Below, piece by piece: positions 24,101-25,235 of a stretch of DNA of 25,235 nucleotides. Within the stretch, counting starts at the first letter, position 1. Each line of letters opens with the position of its first letter. Below the pieces are notes generated by a model that saw only the letters and a list, made by a program, of their open reading frames with translations, did not search any database and was not told the DNA's origin. The DNA lies in IMG/VR virus record IMGVR_UViG_3300030332_001087, positions 1-25,235 of that record; one strand, 5' to 3'. A program made the translations under genes and the position numbers. Origin of the DNA: a virus (Duplodnaviria; Caudoviricetes).

Positions 24101-25235
24101 TGTGTATATGTCAGAGGATAGTGGGGCTACTGTTCATGCTGGTGGAGCAACTCTTGTTGCCGCTCTTGGGGCAGAAAAAGTTACAAACGGTACTTTTACA
24201 GGTAATGATACTGGATGGACAGTTACATCTGGGTGGGCATACAGTAGTAATACAATGCTCAAAAATGGAGATGGTACTACGACTTTATCTCAGGATACAA
24301 CAGAAGTAGCCGCTGAAATTTATAAAGTAGAATATACCATTAGTAGCCATTCAGTAGGGTCGGTAACTGTTTCAATAGGGGGTGTAAGTGGTGAGACACG
24401 ATACGGAGATGGCACTTATGTAGACTATATTCTTGCAACTGGAACAGGAAACTTAACTTTTACACCATCTAATACATCAAGATTCACATTGGATACTGTA
24501 TCAGCTAAAAAGGTAGGGAAAGGAGCGGCAGACCAAATTAATACATGGTCAGCCGATACATTTGGTACCGCTGGAAAGGCTGGATTACATATTATGGCTG
24601 AAGATGGCACTATGCACGTTATTGGAAACAATGTTGGTATTGGCACTACGGAACCCGATTATGAGCTTCATACATTTAAGGCAAGTGGTGATGCAAGAAA
24701 TTATATCCAGTCTGGTGATGCTAACGATGCACAAACTCAATATGCTAATACGGCAACAACTTATTCGTCTGGTATTCAATCAACAAACTATGTTATTGCT
24801 CGACACGGTGATTTAGCTAATACTAGCTATCAACGAATAGTTATTGATTCAGACGGTGCGGTTAAAATGCCAGTTCAACCAGCATTTTTGGTAAAACCAG
24901 CAAGTTCTCAAGATGATATATCTACTGGTGGTGTAACGATTGTTTTTGGAACAGAAGTATTTGACCAAGGTGCTGATTTTGCTTCTAACGCATTTACCGC
25001 ACCAGTAACAGGAAGATATCAGTTAAGTTGGAATATTTATCTAACTAATGTAGATGCAGCGGCATCTTATATTGCTATCAATTTAATAACCAGTAACGAA
25101 ACGTATCCGTCTGTTTTTGACCCTGATTTTGGTCAAGACGCAGTTTATTGGACTATATCTGGTGGTCTTTTAGTAGATATGGATGCAAGTGATACAGCTT
25201 ATTTAGCATTCGAACAAAATGCTGGTTCAGCACAA
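21189..25235 (+). CDS. Large tail fibre/adhesin-like protein (partial, >1349 aa)
   Basis: Absent from the ORF track because it runs off the end; AAGGAG RBS; frame checked at several points; GNVGIG repeats, many N.AIG..A (YadA-head-like) repeats, NGTF..GW carbohydrate-binding-like segment, C1q-like FTAPVTGRY near the end. Confidence 0.85.
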   Translation, partial: MKFVSAAHLTGGGTIGGDLTISGDLTVSGSGGYAYSEVITGDMAISSAATSDIITITAHTADVNASNLTLQKSRHADVGGQTVVQDNDSVGAVNFKGNDGDAYIETARIKAKIDGTVGNNSMPGELGFFTTAASGSSATERMTIKSAGNVGIGTASPSDYYEDYDDFVIKGSAHTGMTIVGGTSHRTSIAFSDGTSGGARYESELIYNHSTNVFSIGTAGSGRLFVDYSGNVGIGLAPAVSGTPSLCIEGTAPVFTLRDSSSSAQATQFFRTHLDAGIVYNMYDDGGTYRIGHADDVDGVNYASNFVLDVNSRISLSNNDSSGGASTTIFGYQAGNAIASGGAYNTIMGHNAALLLSTGEKNCVFGYTALDGASTEADDNVAIGYNAMGGDIGTEQVNDCVAIGSGALAGALDSTNGEDEASGTVAIGKTALSVLTTGYGNIAVGFRSLANITTGTHNLMIGVDAAIAANDTDFSYNVGVGNYVFDGALSGVDAQYNVAVGHAAMSDALTNTAHENTAVGYNALLTLASGESNTCIGSTSGDAIVSGSNNTAVGKAALTTSNGDHNNVAIGFDASNSTWGSSNVSIGKDALKGATFTEGGGSYNDDPTITHTSDARIIAGLGVTGTGIPDGAYISSITDGTHFELSASTTGGSLSSQTLTFYSRSEGTVAIGADALTALTTGAKNTAVGYSALSGLTTGANNIAIGYEAADAMVGGETDNIAIGYGAMGAMDEDNESIDNNIAIGTDAMKGGDLADTSRDYENNIAIGYQSMDGTGVVGGSDNVFIGLASGGGTWTGAASYYNVGIGNSVMDAAMAGALHNVAVGYNALTALTSGDSNVCVGSSAGVSISTAIENVAIGQNALATSASGHYNVAVGYYALASIGGPSNTAIGYQSLRALSSGANNIAVGKNSAFYYGSGTSNQLATSSSGVYLGDDCRANADSMTNEIVIGTNAIGNGSNTATIGDDGVTDVYMSEDSGATVHAGGATLVAALGAEKVTNGTFTGNDTGWTVTSGWAYSSNTMLKNGDGTTTLSQDTTEVAAEIYKVEYTISSHSVGSVTVSIGGVSGETRYGDGTYVDYILATGTGNLTFTPSNTSRFTLDTVSAKKVGKGAADQINTWSADTFGTAGKAGLHIMAEDGTMHVIGNNVGIGTTEPDYELHTFKASGDARNYIQSGDANDAQTQYANTATTYSSGIQSTNYVIARHGDLANTSYQRIVIDSDGAVKMPVQPAFLVKPASSQDDISTGGVTIVFGTEVFDQGADFASNAFTAPVTGRYQLSWNIYLTNVDAAASYIAINLITSNETYPSVFDPDFGQDAVYWTISGGLLVDMDASDTAYLAFEQNAGSAQ

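Noticed and set aside
21396-24816. Small ORFs listed in 21.4-24.8 kb, or reading this region as non-coding
   Set aside because: All lie within the single long frame starting at 21189

Overview
A 25 kb piece of a tailed dsDNA phage or prophage, probably podovirus-like, with two arms transcribed divergently from a non-coding switch region at about 11340-11858. The right arm (+) carries small early genes, an excisionase-like HTH, a replication initiator with an internal iteron origin, terminase large subunit, P22-like portal, scaffold, N4-gp56-like major capsid and a >1349-codon tail fibre/adhesin running off the end. The left arm (-) carries an early/host-takeover cluster (ArdC-like antirestriction protein and many hypotheticals), then an HNH protein, a short tyrosine recombinase, a TerS-like HTH, YqaJ/RecT, an SSB-like protein, RusA and a GIY-YIG protein. 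The standout is an RNA-level punctuation system in the leftward early operon. Three type I hammerhead ribozymes and three copies of a covarying, anticodon-less mini-tRNA-like element sit in the intergenic gaps. Ten genes share an invariant CAUGGAG-N6/7-AUG start signal, a later hairpin displays the exact antisense of that signal in its loop, and one ORF lies between two hammerheads with identical stem I, so it could be excised and circularised. Protein calls come from motif recognition by eye, with no database searches.
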